39,494 bases of DNA, taken from a virus (lineage: Duplodnaviria > Heunggongvirae > Uroviricota > Caudoviricetes). The stretch covers positions 1 through 39,494 of IMG/VR virus record IMGVR_UViG_2711768073_000020, one strand, 5' to 3'. Under the pieces are notes generated by a model. It searched no databases and had not been told where the DNA came from. It saw only the letters and a program-made list of their open reading frames with translations. A program made the position numbers and the translations under genes. Shown here piece by piece: positions 8,409-16,461 of the stretch; the first letter of the stretch is position 1, and each line of letters opens with the position of its first letter.

Positions 8409-9339
8409 ATTAACCGGCTATGTATGGGATGGTTGCGCTGCATCAGGCATGAAATTATCCAGCGTGGCAATTATGGCCCGCCTGGCTGATTTCAGTAATG
8501 ACGAAGGTGTGTGCTGGCCATCAATTGAAACCATTGCCCGCCAGATTGGCGCGGGAATGAGTACCGTCAGAACGGCTATCGCACGGCTGGAAGCAGAAGG
8601 CTGGTTAACGCGTAAGGCGCGTCGCCAGGGTAACCGCAATGCGTCGAATGTTTATCAGCTTAACGTTGCGAAGCTTCAGGCAGCGGCATTTTCTCAACTG
8701 TCAGATTCTGACCCGTCAAAATCTGACGCATCAAAATCTGACCCGTCAAAATTTGATGCGTCGAAATCTGGCAAAAAAGCGGGTTTTCACCCGTCAGAAT
8801 CTGGCGGGGATCCGTCAGTAAAATCAAAACATGATCCGTCAGATAAAAAAACTTCTCGTCCGGACGCTTCGCAACCGGACACGCAGACGGCTGAACAGGA
8901 GTTTTTAACTCGCCATCCTGATGCGGTTGTATTCAGCCCTAAAAAGCGCCAGTGGGGAACGCAGGATGATTTGACCTGCGCACAGTGGCTCTGGAAAAAA
9001 ATCATCGCCCTGTACGAGCAGGCCGCCGAATGTGACGGCGAGGTGGTTCGTCCCAAAGAACCGAACTGGACAGCCTGGGCAAACGAAATTCGCCTGATGT
9101 GTGTGCAGGATGGTCGTACTCATAAACAAATCTGCGAGATGTACAGCCGCGTCAGTCGCGATCCGTTCTGGTGCCGTAACGTGCTCAGCCCGTCGAAGCT
9201 GCGGGAAAAATGGGATGAGCTTTCCCTGCGCTTATCGCCGTCCGTCAGCACGTACACCGAAAAACGCGAAGACCCGTACTTCAAAGCCAGTTACGACAAC
9301 GTGGACTACAGCCAAATCCCGGCAGGATTCAGGGGGTGA
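8398..9339 (+). CDS. Replication initiation protein (lambda O-like: N-terminal HTH DNA-binding domain, iteron-containing linker, C-terminal domain), 313 aa
   Basis: N-terminus SSVAIMARLADFSNDEGVCWPSIETIARQIGAGMSTVRTAIARLEAEGWL (winged-helix initiator type); central repetitive SDSDPSKSDASKSDPSKFDASKS encoded by DNA iterons. Confidence 0.7.
   Translation: MSTKLTGYVWDGCAASGMKLSSVAIMARLADFSNDEGVCWPSIETIARQIGAGMSTVRTAIARLEAEGWLTRKARRQGNRNASNVYQLNVAKLQAAAFSQLSDSDPSKSDASKSDPSKFDASKSGKKAGFHPSESGGDPSVKSKHDPSDKKTSRPDASQPDTQTAEQEFLTRHPDAVVFSPKKRQWGTQDDLTCAQWLWKKIIALYEQAAECDGEVVRPKEPNWTAWANEIRLMCVQDGRTHKQICEMYSRVSRDPFWCRNVLSPSKLREKWDELSLRLSPSVSTYTEKREDPYFKASYDNVDYSQIPAGFRG
8701..8805. repeat. Origin-type iterons: five 15-bp-spaced copies of TCA(A/G)AATCTG(A/G)C plus one more, followed by an A-rich tract
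   Basis: Copies at 8701, 8716, 8731, 8746, 8761 and 8794; AGATAAAAAAAC at 8841-8852; embedded in the initiator gene as in the lambda ori. Confidence 0.6.
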
Positions 9340-9830
9340 GCATGAGTCTTTTGAATGACGTTCAGAAATTCATTGAAGCCCATCCGGGCTGTACTTCCGG
9401 AGATATTGCGGATGCTTTTGCCGGTTACTCACGGCAGCGCGTTCTGCAGTCAGCAAGCAAGTTACGTCAGAGTGGGCGTGTGGCTCACCGTTGTGAAGGA
9501 GATACACGCAGACATTTCCCGCGCCTGACTGAGAGAGCGCAGGAACCGGAACCACAACCAGTTCGTGAAACCAGACCTGTGCGCAATTTCTATGTCGGCA
9601 CTAACGATCCCCGTGTGATTTTGTGCCTGACCCGCCAGGCGGAAGAACTGGAGTCCAGGGGCTTATACCGTCGTGCTGCAACCGTGTGGATGGCGGCATT
9701 CCGTGAAAGCCACTCCCAGCCAGAACGAAACAATTTTCTGGCGCGTCGTGAGCGGTGCTTACGGAAAAGCAGCAAGCGCGCTGCATCGGGTGAAGAGTGG
9801 TATCTGTCAGGGAATTACGTGGGGGCTTAA
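9336..9830 (+). CDS. Hypothetical replication-region protein, 164 aa
   Basis: ATGA overlap with the O-like gene stop; basic C-terminus; not recognisable as lambda P, DnaC or a helicase. Confidence 0.45.
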   Translation: MSMSLLNDVQKFIEAHPGCTSGDIADAFAGYSRQRVLQSASKLRQSGRVAHRCEGDTRRHFPRLTERAQEPEPQPVRETRPVRNFYVGTNDPRVILCLTRQAEELESRGLYRRAATVWMAAFRESHSQPERNNFLARRERCLRKSSKRAASGEEWYLSGNYVGA

Positions 9831-10483
9831 TGAGTAATAAATATTGCCAGGCGCTGGTGGAACTGCGGAACAAACCAGCCCATGAACTGAAGGAAGTGGG
9901 CGATCAGTGGCGCACGCCGGACAACATTTTCTGGGGAATTAACACCCTGTTTGGCCCGTTTGTTCTGGATCTGTTCACTGACGGTGATAACGCCAAATGT
10001 GCCGCGTATTACACGGCGGAAGACAACGCGCTGGCGCATGACTGGTCAGAACGTCTTGCGGAGCTTAAAGGTGCTGCCTTTGGTAATCCCCCATACAGCC
10101 GCGCCAGTCAGCATGAGGGGCAATACATCACCGGCATGCGTTACATCATGAAACATGCCAGTGCCATGCGTGATAAGGGCGGGCGCTATGTTTTCCTGAT
10201 CAAAGCTGCCACCAGCGAAGTGTGGTGGCCGGAAGATGCAGATCATATTGCTTTTATTCGCGGGCGTATTGGTTTTGAACTGCCTGTCTGGTTTATCCCG
10301 AAAGACGAGAAGCAGGTACCGACAGGAGCTTTTTTCGCTGGTGCTATTGCTGTTTTTGACAAGACCTGGAAGGGACCGGCAATCAGCTACATCGGGCGCG
10401 ATGAACTTGAGGCATGTGGTGAGGCGTTTCTGGCGCAGGTTCGCCAGCAGGCAGAAAAACTGGTCAGGGAGATGGCGGCATGA
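9830..10483 (+). CDS. Phage DNA N6-adenine methyltransferase (Dam-like), ~217 aa
   Basis: Catalytic NPPY motif (AFGNPPYS); start ATG 9830 overlaps the upstream stop (TAATG). Confidence 0.8.
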   Translation: MSNKYCQALVELRNKPAHELKEVGDQWRTPDNIFWGINTLFGPFVLDLFTDGDNAKCAAYYTAEDNALAHDWSERLAELKGAAFGNPPYSRASQHEGQYITGMRYIMKHASAMRDKGGRYVFLIKAATSEVWWPEDADHIAFIRGRIGFELPVWFIPKDEKQVPTGAFFAGAIAVFDKTWKGPAISYIGRDELEACGEAFLAQVRQQAEKLVREMAA

Positions 10484-10806
10484 CGACGTTAACTCAATGC
10501 CAGCAGCAGGTGCTGGATATGCTGATTTCTTATCAGAAAGAACGTGGCTTCCCGCCAACCAATCAGGAGGTGGCAACCATGCTGGGATACCGTTCAGTGA
10601 ATGCAGCGGTGGAGCATCTTCGCGCACTGGAGAAAAAAGGCGTCATCACGATAAAGCGTGGCGTGGCCCGGGGGATCACGCTTCATACCGCGGTGAAGGA
10701 CGACGACAGCGAGGCGGTCGGGATTATCCGCTCACTGCTTGCCGGTGAGGAAAACGCAAGGCTGCGTGCAACCCACTGGTTACATGAGAGAGGCCTGAAA
10801 GCATGA
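10480..10806 (+). CDS. LexA N-terminal DNA-binding-domain-like protein (no peptidase domain), 108 aa
   Basis: QQQVLDMLISYQKERGFPPTNQEVATMLGYRSVNAAVEHLRALEKKGVI parallels the LexA winged-HTH N-domain; no Ser/Lys S24 domain follows. Confidence 0.6.
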   Translation: MTTLTQCQQQVLDMLISYQKERGFPPTNQEVATMLGYRSVNAAVEHLRALEKKGVITIKRGVARGITLHTAVKDDDSEAVGIIRSLLAGEENARLRATHWLHERGLKA

Positions 10807-11192
10807 AGCTGATCCTGCCTTTTCCGCCCAGCGTGAACACGTACTGGCGACACCCCAACAAAGGGGCGTTTGCTGGTAAGAGCCTGATAAGCTCGGCGGG
10901 GCGAAAATTCCAGAGCGCGGCGTGCGCAGCAATAGTTGAGCAGTTACGTCGTCTGCCGAAACCAACGTCGGCACCTGCTTCAGTGGAGATCGTGTTGTTT
11001 CCTCCGGATAACCGGATCCGCGATCTGGACAACTATAACAAGGCGCTGTTTGACGCCCTGACCCATGCGGGTGTGTGGGAAGACGACAGTCAGGTGAAAA
11101 GAATGCTGGTGGAGTGGGGACCGGTTATCCCGAAAGGGAAAGTCGAGATCACTATCAGTAAGTACGAGAAAACGGCGGGTGCAGCCGCCTGA
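10803..11192 (+). CDS. rusA: Holliday junction resolvase RusA
   Basis: ~129 aa with RusA-like acidic motif (DNRIRDLDNYNKALFDALTHAGVWEDDSQV); ATGA coupling with the upstream gene. Confidence 0.8.
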   Translation: MKLILPFPPSVNTYWRHPNKGAFAGKSLISSAGRKFQSAACAAIVEQLRRLPKPTSAPASVEIVLFPPDNRIRDLDNYNKALFDALTHAGVWEDDSQVKRMLVEWGPVIPKGKVEITISKYEKTAGAAA

Positions 11193-11211
11193 TCAAGAGG
11201 AGAAACGAAGT

Positions 11212-12021
11212 ATGAATAATCTGATGGTCATTGATGGTATTGAAGTTCGTCGTGATGCTTATGGGCGTTACAGCCTGAACGATCTGCATCGCGCAGCAGT
11301 AGCATCTGGTGCAAATGCCAGAACCAAGGAGCCGGGAAAGTTTCTTTCCAGCCAACAAACTGTTGAGCTTGTTCATGAATTGACCAACACCCAGAATTTG
11401 GGTGTTGACCCAGTGAGTGTGATTCATGGGGGAAATGAACGGGGAACGTATGTCTGCAAGGAACTGGTGTATGCCTATGCAATGTGGATCAGCCCGTCAT
11501 TCCATCTGAAGGTGATCCGTACTTTCGATATGGTAACCAGCGCACCGGAAAAATTATCCGGACAGGCTGCTGACAAGATGCAGGCTGGCGTGATCCTGCT
11601 GGACTTTATGCGCCGGGAGTTAAACCTGTCTAACTCTTCAGTGCTTGGTGCCTGTCAGAAACTCCAGGAGGCTGTTGGCTTACCGAATCTGGCACCGCGC
11701 TATGCCATTGATGCTCCTGCTGACGCGCCTGATGGCTCAAGTCGCCCGACACTGTCACTGAGTGCACTGCTGAAACAGTATGGTATCCGCCTTACGGCTA
11801 ATCAGGCATATCACCAGATGGTGAAGCTGGGGATCGTCGAGCAGCGCGAACGATACAGCCGTACCTCGATTAACAACATCAAAAAATTCTGGTCGCTGAC
11901 AGCGAAAGGCTGCATGTTCGGCAAGAACATCACCAGTCCCGCAAATCCGCGCGAGACGCAGCCGCATTTCTTCGAATCCCGATTCCCTGAGCTGTTAAAG
12001 CTGCTCGATACCGTTCATTGA
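11212..12021 (+). CDS. KilA-N domain protein (antirepressor-like), 269 aa
   Basis: N-terminal MNNLMVIDGIEVRRDAYGRYSLNDLHRAA... KilA-N-type pattern; AGAGGAG RBS 9 nt upstream of ATG 11212. Confidence 0.55.
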   Translation: MNNLMVIDGIEVRRDAYGRYSLNDLHRAAVASGANARTKEPGKFLSSQQTVELVHELTNTQNLGVDPVSVIHGGNERGTYVCKELVYAYAMWISPSFHLKVIRTFDMVTSAPEKLSGQAADKMQAGVILLDFMRRELNLSNSSVLGACQKLQEAVGLPNLAPRYAIDAPADAPDGSSRPTLSLSALLKQYGIRLTANQAYHQMVKLGIVEQRERYSRTSINNIKKFWSLTAKGCMFGKNITSPANPRETQPHFFESRFPELLKLLDTVH

Positions 12022-12022
12022 G

Positions 12023-13018
12023 GTGACTGTGAGAGCACTACTGACCCCTGAAATTGCCCCGCGTATGGGGATCGTATTGTTCAGACCAGGTTCAGAGCTG
12101 ATGCCCTTGTTTATGCAGGGGCGTGTCTTGCTGGAGCCTGAGCCGGAACGTTATTCATCTTTCGCCAGTGGTGCCGTTCCGGCGGCATCACAACCGCTGG
12201 CGGATGATCCTGCCGTTCGGGCCGTGTTCCGCAATGAGGCAGTGATCCGTCGTGCTGGTGGCGTGGAATGTCTTGAAAGCTGGTTACTTCGTGAAAAAGG
12301 CTGCCAGTGGCCTCATTCCGACTGGCACAGCGAGAACATGACAACAATGCGACACGCTCCGGGCGCAATCCGTTTGTGCTGGCACTGCGATAACCAGCTG
12401 CGCGATCAGTTCACGGAACGGCTGGAATCAATGGCAACGGATAACAGTGCCCGCTGGGTGTTGTCTGTTGTGCGTCGGGATCTCGGTTTTGATGACAGTC
12501 ATGTTGTGACAATGCCGGAACTGTGCTGGTGGCTGATTCGTAATGATCTGGCGGATGCCTTACCGGAAAGTGCAGCCCGTAAGGCACTGAGATTACCGAA
12601 GCCTGTTGTGCCGTCTGTTACCCGGGAAAGTGACCTTGTGCCTTCGGTTCCTGCCACCAGCATCATCCAGGATAAGGCGAAAAAGGTGCTGGCGCTGAAA
12701 GTGGATCCGGAGTCGCCGGAGTCTTTTATGTTACGTCCCAAACGTCGCCGCTGGGTTAATGAAAAGTACACGCGATGGGTTAAGACGCAGCCGTGCGCAT
12801 GTTGTGGAAAACCTGCTGATGATCCCCACCACCTGATAGGTCACGGTCAGGGTGGAATGGCTACAAAAGCGCATGACCTCTTTGTGTTGCCTTTGTGCAG
12901 AAAGCATCACGACGAGCTGCATGCGGATACCGTGGCATTTGAAGAGAAGTATGGCTCCCAACTGGAGCTGATATTTCGTTTTATCGATCGCGCGCTGGCG
13001 ATTGGTGTGTTGGCCTGA
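12023..13018 (+). CDS. DUF968 protein (YdfU-like) with C-terminal zinc-finger/HNH-like motif, 331 aa
   Basis: C-terminal CACCGKPADDPHHLIGHGQGG...CRKHHDELH; GTG start, true start uncertain. Confidence 0.55.
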   Translation: MTVRALLTPEIAPRMGIVLFRPGSELMPLFMQGRVLLEPEPERYSSFASGAVPAASQPLADDPAVRAVFRNEAVIRRAGGVECLESWLLREKGCQWPHSDWHSENMTTMRHAPGAIRLCWHCDNQLRDQFTERLESMATDNSARWVLSVVRRDLGFDDSHVVTMPELCWWLIRNDLADALPESAARKALRLPKPVVPSVTRESDLVPSVPATSIIQDKAKKVLALKVDPESPESFMLRPKRRRWVNEKYTRWVKTQPCACCGKPADDPHHLIGHGQGGMATKAHDLFVLPLCRKHHDELHADTVAFEEKYGSQLELIFRFIDRALAIGVLA

Positions 13019-13035
13019 TTTGGTGGAGAAAGTTG

Positions 13036-13401
13036 ATGCGTGATATTCAGATGGTTCTGGAGCGTTGGGGAGCATGGGCGGCGAGTGATAGTTCTGGAGT
13101 AGACTATTCGCCTATAGCTGCTGGGTTTAAGGGGCTTCTTCCCTACACAAGCAAAACACGTCAGGCTTGTTCAGATAGTGATGCATTAATTATTGAAGGT
13201 TGTCTTGCTCGTCTAAAGCAAAAAAAGCCAGATGAGCACTCGCTGCTTGTGGCACATTATTTATACAGAATATCCAAGCGTAAGATTGCAAAGGTGCGTG
13301 GAAAGGATGAAAAATTGGTACGCATAGAAATACAACTAGCCGAAGGATTTATTGATGGTTGCCTTTCAATGTTGGATGTTAACCTTGAAATGGACGCTTA
13401 G
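13036..13401 (+). CDS. Late-gene antiterminator Q (phage-82/DLP12 QuuD-type small Q), 121 aa
   Basis: MRDIQMVLERWGAWAA...AAGFKGL...RLEMD pattern of the small Q family; GGAG RBS 8 nt upstream of ATG 13036. Confidence 0.75.
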   Translation: MRDIQMVLERWGAWAASDSSGVDYSPIAAGFKGLLPYTSKTRQACSDSDALIIEGCLARLKQKKPDEHSLLVAHYLYRISKRKIAKVRGKDEKLVRIEIQLAEGFIDGCLSMLDVNLEMDA

Positions 13402-13407
13402 GGTTGC

Positions 13408-13437
13408 ACAGGTTGGCCCCATATGAGGCCAACCTGT
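13408..13437. other. Perfect 11-bp-stem hairpin between convergent Q and the membrane-protein gene
   Basis: ACAGGTTGGCC-ccatatga-GGCCAACCTGT; starts 7 nt after the Q stop and overlaps the minus-strand gene's stop codon; no U-tract on either strand. Confidence 0.4.
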
Positions 13438-13886
13438 CACAAGTGGGGGAAGATTTTTCGTAACACTAACCAACACCTTCCGAAGGTATATAGCGAAATT
13501 ATAAGGGAGGATAAGCCTAACAGTATGAATAGGAAATCAATAGGTTTGCCCGCAACAATAACATCATCTGGTAGAAACATCGCTATCAATGGAAATATAC
13601 ATGCGACGATGAGAGTTAACCCTGTTGAAAGTAATCGATTTACCAGAGTTGGTAACACGTTGTTTTGCTTAAGGGCATTAATTGCTCCTTCCTTATCGCT
13701 GTTTGCACTACTAAATATAGATATTGCAGCCAGAACAAAACCAAACAGGATGCCTGATATAGTCGAGAGCACCCCCGCTGTTGTGAGTACGTCAGCATGC
13801 TTCATCGGTTTAAACAGTTTTGTCGCTGCATAGGTCAACAGAATCCAGAGGACGCATTTCCAGAGAAAAGTGGCTAATTCTCTCAT
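13437..13886 (-). CDS. Small integral membrane protein with four predicted TM helices (RexB-like architecture), ~149 aa
   Basis: Four hydrophobic segments (LATFLWKCVLWILLTYAA; VLSTISGILFGFVLAAISIF; LLSTGLTLIVACIFPLIAMFL; IDFLFILLGLSSLIISLYTF); GGAGG RBS before ATG 13886; 21 nt downstream of the 313-aa gene on the same strand; AT-rich by eye. Confidence 0.6.
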   Translation of the reverse strand: MRELATFLWKCVLWILLTYAATKLFKPMKHADVLTTAGVLSTISGILFGFVLAAISIFSSANSDKEGAINALKQNNVLPTLVNRLLSTGLTLIVACIFPLIAMFLPDDVIVAGKPIDFLFILLGLSSLIISLYTFGRCWLVLRKIFPHL

Positions 13887-13907
13887 TGTGTCCTCCATGC
13901 TTGGTTA

Positions 13908-14849
13908 TTAGTCTCTGCTAGCGAGCTCATACTGTGCAAGATAGTTCGCGTTATCAATTTTAGCAGATATCATCGCCGTTCTGATATCAGAATCGGATGG
14001 ATAACCGCTTTTGACAATGATTGTCTTTGTACTGACCAATACTTGGTCAAGTAGACTTTTGGGCGTTCTATTGGATGGCTCTGTTACATCAATTTTTTTA
14101 ATTTTTAGACCTCCAGAACCTTTTGGAAAAAGTTCAAGTAGTTCCTTAATAGCATCGGTGACAGAAGTTTTTAGATAGTTAAAACCTTGTTTTTTCGGGC
14201 GAATCCGACCTCGCATATTTAATCTTAGATGCGACCCGCCCATACCAACAACCATGTCAATAATTTCATTAGCTAAAGGGTTTTTAATCTTATAATTAGC
14301 TTTGTTAAAGTTTCTTGGAGCAGCAACTATAAGATCGAAACTACGTAGGATATTTCCGTCCTCAAGCAGTTCCTTCATGCTCTCTTGTTTCCAAATGGCT
14401 TCAAAAGTGACGCTTTTTAAATCAGTTTTGTTATACAAAATGAATGCCAGATCATTTACTTTGGGCCCTATATGGTTGAGGGTCATAGCTAATAAGTCCG
14501 TTTCGTAGTAATAGATAAAATATGTTCTTTCAACTACAGAATCTTTATCATTTAAAGGAATTGTTCTCTCACTACCTGTAGCATCCTCGATGAACGGTAG
14601 TAGGCATTCCCTTCTCCACGATACGTAACCAAAGTAACATTGCAGTGTGGTATCTTTTTGAAGAATAACTAACTTTAACCCTCGATTTGGGGTGTCTGTT
14701 GTGTAAGTTATTGGAAAAGTTACAGTATCTGCTGTGGTCATTTGCTCAAAGGCTAGTTTTGCAGCAGATGTGCCATCTTTTTTGCTTCCATTACCAGTGA
14801 AAAAACCAACTCTCACTCGCCTGGTTTTATTCTTATTTTCTGTACTCAT
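13908..14849 (-). CDS. 313-aa soluble protein of unknown function, co-operonic with the 4-TM protein (candidate RexA-like sensor)
   Basis: Basic N-terminus (KNKTRRVRV); no enzymatic motif recognised; AT-rich coding sequence, antisense to all flanking phage genes; candidate promoter on the minus strand upstream (TTGTTG...TAAAAT). Confidence 0.6.
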   Translation of the reverse strand: MSTENKNKTRRVRVGFFTGNGSKKDGTSAAKLAFEQMTTADTVTFPITYTTDTPNRGLKLVILQKDTTLQCYFGYVSWRRECLLPFIEDATGSERTIPLNDKDSVVERTYFIYYYETDLLAMTLNHIGPKVNDLAFILYNKTDLKSVTFEAIWKQESMKELLEDGNILRSFDLIVAAPRNFNKANYKIKNPLANEIIDMVVGMGGSHLRLNMRGRIRPKKQGFNYLKTSVTDAIKELLELFPKGSGGLKIKKIDVTEPSNRTPKSLLDQVLVSTKTIIVKSGYPSDSDIRTAMISAKIDNANYLAQYELASRD

Positions 14850-14910
14850 TATCGATCCGAAATAATTTTAGCAACCGTGTGAAAAATACAACAAAAAAAA
14901 GAGGAAATCA

Positions 14911-14939
14911 TTAGCGCGGTCCGCAAAAAACATTGTAAT
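14911..14939 (+). promoter_or_regulatory. Candidate late promoter PR' (-35 TTAGCG, 17-nt spacer, -10 TGTAAT)
   Basis: Only plausible sigma-70-like promoter upstream of the intrinsic terminator at 14972-15003 and the lysis cassette; weak -35. Confidence 0.3.
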
Positions 14940-14971
14940 CTGTTAAGAGTGGTTACTTCGCCACACAGCTT

Positions 14972-15003
14972 AAACCCGCCGTCGAGCGGGTTTTGTCGTT
15001 TCT
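14972..15003 (+). terminator. Intrinsic terminator (tR'-like) upstream of the lysis genes
   Basis: Stem AAACCCGC / GCGGGTTT with loop CGTCGA followed by TTTTGTCGTTTCT. Confidence 0.6.
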
Positions 15004-15145
15004 GTGGCTGGGGATTCGTTGGTCCTGGCCTATTCCGCAGTTCTCCATCGGTTCGGCTTCTTTGATGTTTCCGCTTCTGATTTGCGGTACATGATGTTCC
15101 CTCAATTTGCACCTGCTGTATCAGCGAGGTGAGAGATAACTACAA

Positions 15146-15472
15146 ATGCCTCATAACCCAAATACCTGGCTGGAGTTGGTCCAGAGCTGGTGGCGTGGAG
15201 ACACACCGCTGGGCGCAGTGATTATGTCGATCGTTATGGCTGGCTTGCGCATTGCCTATTTTGGCGGTGGTGGTGGCTGGAAACGAAAAACGCTCGAGAT
15301 TTTGCTCTGTGGTGCTCTGACGCTGACTTTTGCATCCGCTCTTGAGTATGTCGGATGGCCTAAATCTCTTTCTGTTGCCATTGGTGGCGGCGTTGGGCTG
15401 ATCGGGGTCGATGCTATTCGTGGGGCTGCAATGAGAGTAATCGGTAATAAGTTTGGTGGCTCTAAGGAGTAA
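15146..15472 (+). CDS. Holin, 108 aa
   Basis: Small protein with hydrophobic helices (LGAVIMSIVMAGLRIAYF; LEILLCGALTLTFASALEYVGW; AIGGGVGLIGV) and a charged C-terminus, immediately upstream of the endolysin. Confidence 0.7.
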   Translation: MPHNPNTWLELVQSWWRGDTPLGAVIMSIVMAGLRIAYFGGGGGWKRKTLEILLCGALTLTFASALEYVGWPKSLSVAIGGGVGLIGVDAIRGAAMRVIGNKFGGSKE

Positions 15473-15475
15473 TTT

Positions 15476-15952
15476 ATGCAGGTACTAAATTCCCAGCGTA
15501 AAGCTTTCCTGGATATGGTGGCATGGTCAGAAGGAACGGATAACGGGCGACAACCGACACGTAACCACGGTTATGACGTTATTGTCGGTGGCGAACTCTT
15601 CACTGATTACTCCGATCACCCTCGCAAACTTGTCACGCTAAACCCGAAACTCAAATCAACAGCTGCAGGCCGTTATCAACTTCTTTCACGTTGGTGGGAT
15701 GCTTACCGCAAGCAGCTTGGGCTGAAAGACTTCTCTCCCAGAAGCCAGGACTCAGTGGCATTACAGCAGATTAAAGAGCGTGGCGCTTTACCGATGATTG
15801 ATCGCGGCAATATTCGTCAGGCAATCGACCGTTGCAGCAATATCTGGGCGTCTTTACCTGGTGCAGGTTACGGTCAGTATGAACATAAAATTGGCGACCT
15901 GATTTCCCGGTTTAAAGAGGCTGGTGGGGTGGTAAATGAAGCTGAGATATAA
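15476..15952 (+). CDS. R: Endolysin, lambda R-type lytic transglycosylase, 158 aa
   Basis: NSQRKAFLDMVAWSEGTDNGRQPTRNHGYDVIVGGELFTDYSDHPRKLV... is near-identical in pattern to lambda R. Confidence 0.9.
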   Translation: MQVLNSQRKAFLDMVAWSEGTDNGRQPTRNHGYDVIVGGELFTDYSDHPRKLVTLNPKLKSTAAGRYQLLSRWWDAYRKQLGLKDFSPRSQDSVALQQIKERGALPMIDRGNIRQAIDRCSNIWASLPGAGYGQYEHKIGDLISRFKEAGGVVNEAEI

Positions 15953-16328
15953 GCTGGTTATTGTTGCCTTCTTTGTTACCGTCATTGGTTCCTTCATCTG
16001 GTCTGCCGGGCATTACTACAGCAAATATCTGCACGAAAAGGAGCGTGCTGATGAGGCTATACGAAATGCTGAATCAGCAACTGCCATTACCCGTAACGTT
16101 CTGCAATCACTGCAAATCATCAATACAGTTATAGAGGCTAACCAGCATGCAAAACAGCAGATTGCACTGGAGTCACAGAAAACCCAGGAAGATATCAAAG
16201 TGGCTGTTGCGGATGATGATTGTGCTTCACGTCCTGTGCCTGCTGCCGCTGCTGACCGGTTGCGGAAGTACGCGGACAGTTTACGTGAACACTCCGGCGG
16301 TACCACTGCCAGCCAGCTTGACTTCTGA
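15936..16328 (+). CDS. i-spanin (Rz-like), 130 aa
   Basis: N-terminal TM anchor (LVIVAFFVTVIGSFIW) followed by charged helical region; overlaps the endolysin end; an o-spanin ORF starts inside it in another frame. Confidence 0.6.
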   Translation: MKLRYKLVIVAFFVTVIGSFIWSAGHYYSKYLHEKERADEAIRNAESATAITRNVLQSLQIINTVIEANQHAKQQIALESQKTQEDIKVAVADDDCASRPVPAAAADRLRKYADSLREHSGGTTASQLDF

Positions 16329-16461
16329 TACACCTGTACCGTTTATACCCAACCCACTGACGTATGGTGCAAGTCTTGATTTGAATGTAAGTTTGTTATC
16401 CGCGTTGGCTCAATGTAATAGGGATAAGTCTGATATCAGAATCATTGATAATCAAAATTGA
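16213..16461 (+). CDS. o-spanin (Rz1-like) lipoprotein, ~82 aa
   Basis: Signal peptide plus lipobox MMIVLHVLCLLPLLTGC, Pro-rich mature part; starts inside Rz in a different frame and extends 133 nt beyond its stop. Confidence 0.6.
   Translation: MMIVLHVLCLLPLLTGCGSTRTVYVNTPAVPLPASLTSDTPVPFIPNPLTYGASLDLNVSLLSALAQCNRDKSDIRIIDNQN

Noticed and set aside
8701-8805. Possible CRISPR array
   Set aside because: Repeats are 12-15 bp, contiguous with no spacers, and lie inside a coding sequence; iterons, not CRISPR.
8639-8821. 60-aa ORF with TRQNL repeats
   Set aside because: Alternative frame across the iteron array inside the initiator gene; its periodicity is a by-product of the DNA repeats.
14849-15112. 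87-aa minus-strand ORF upstream of the lysis genes
   Set aside because: GTG start without RBS; it spans the late terminator hairpin and candidate promoter; composition not protein-like.
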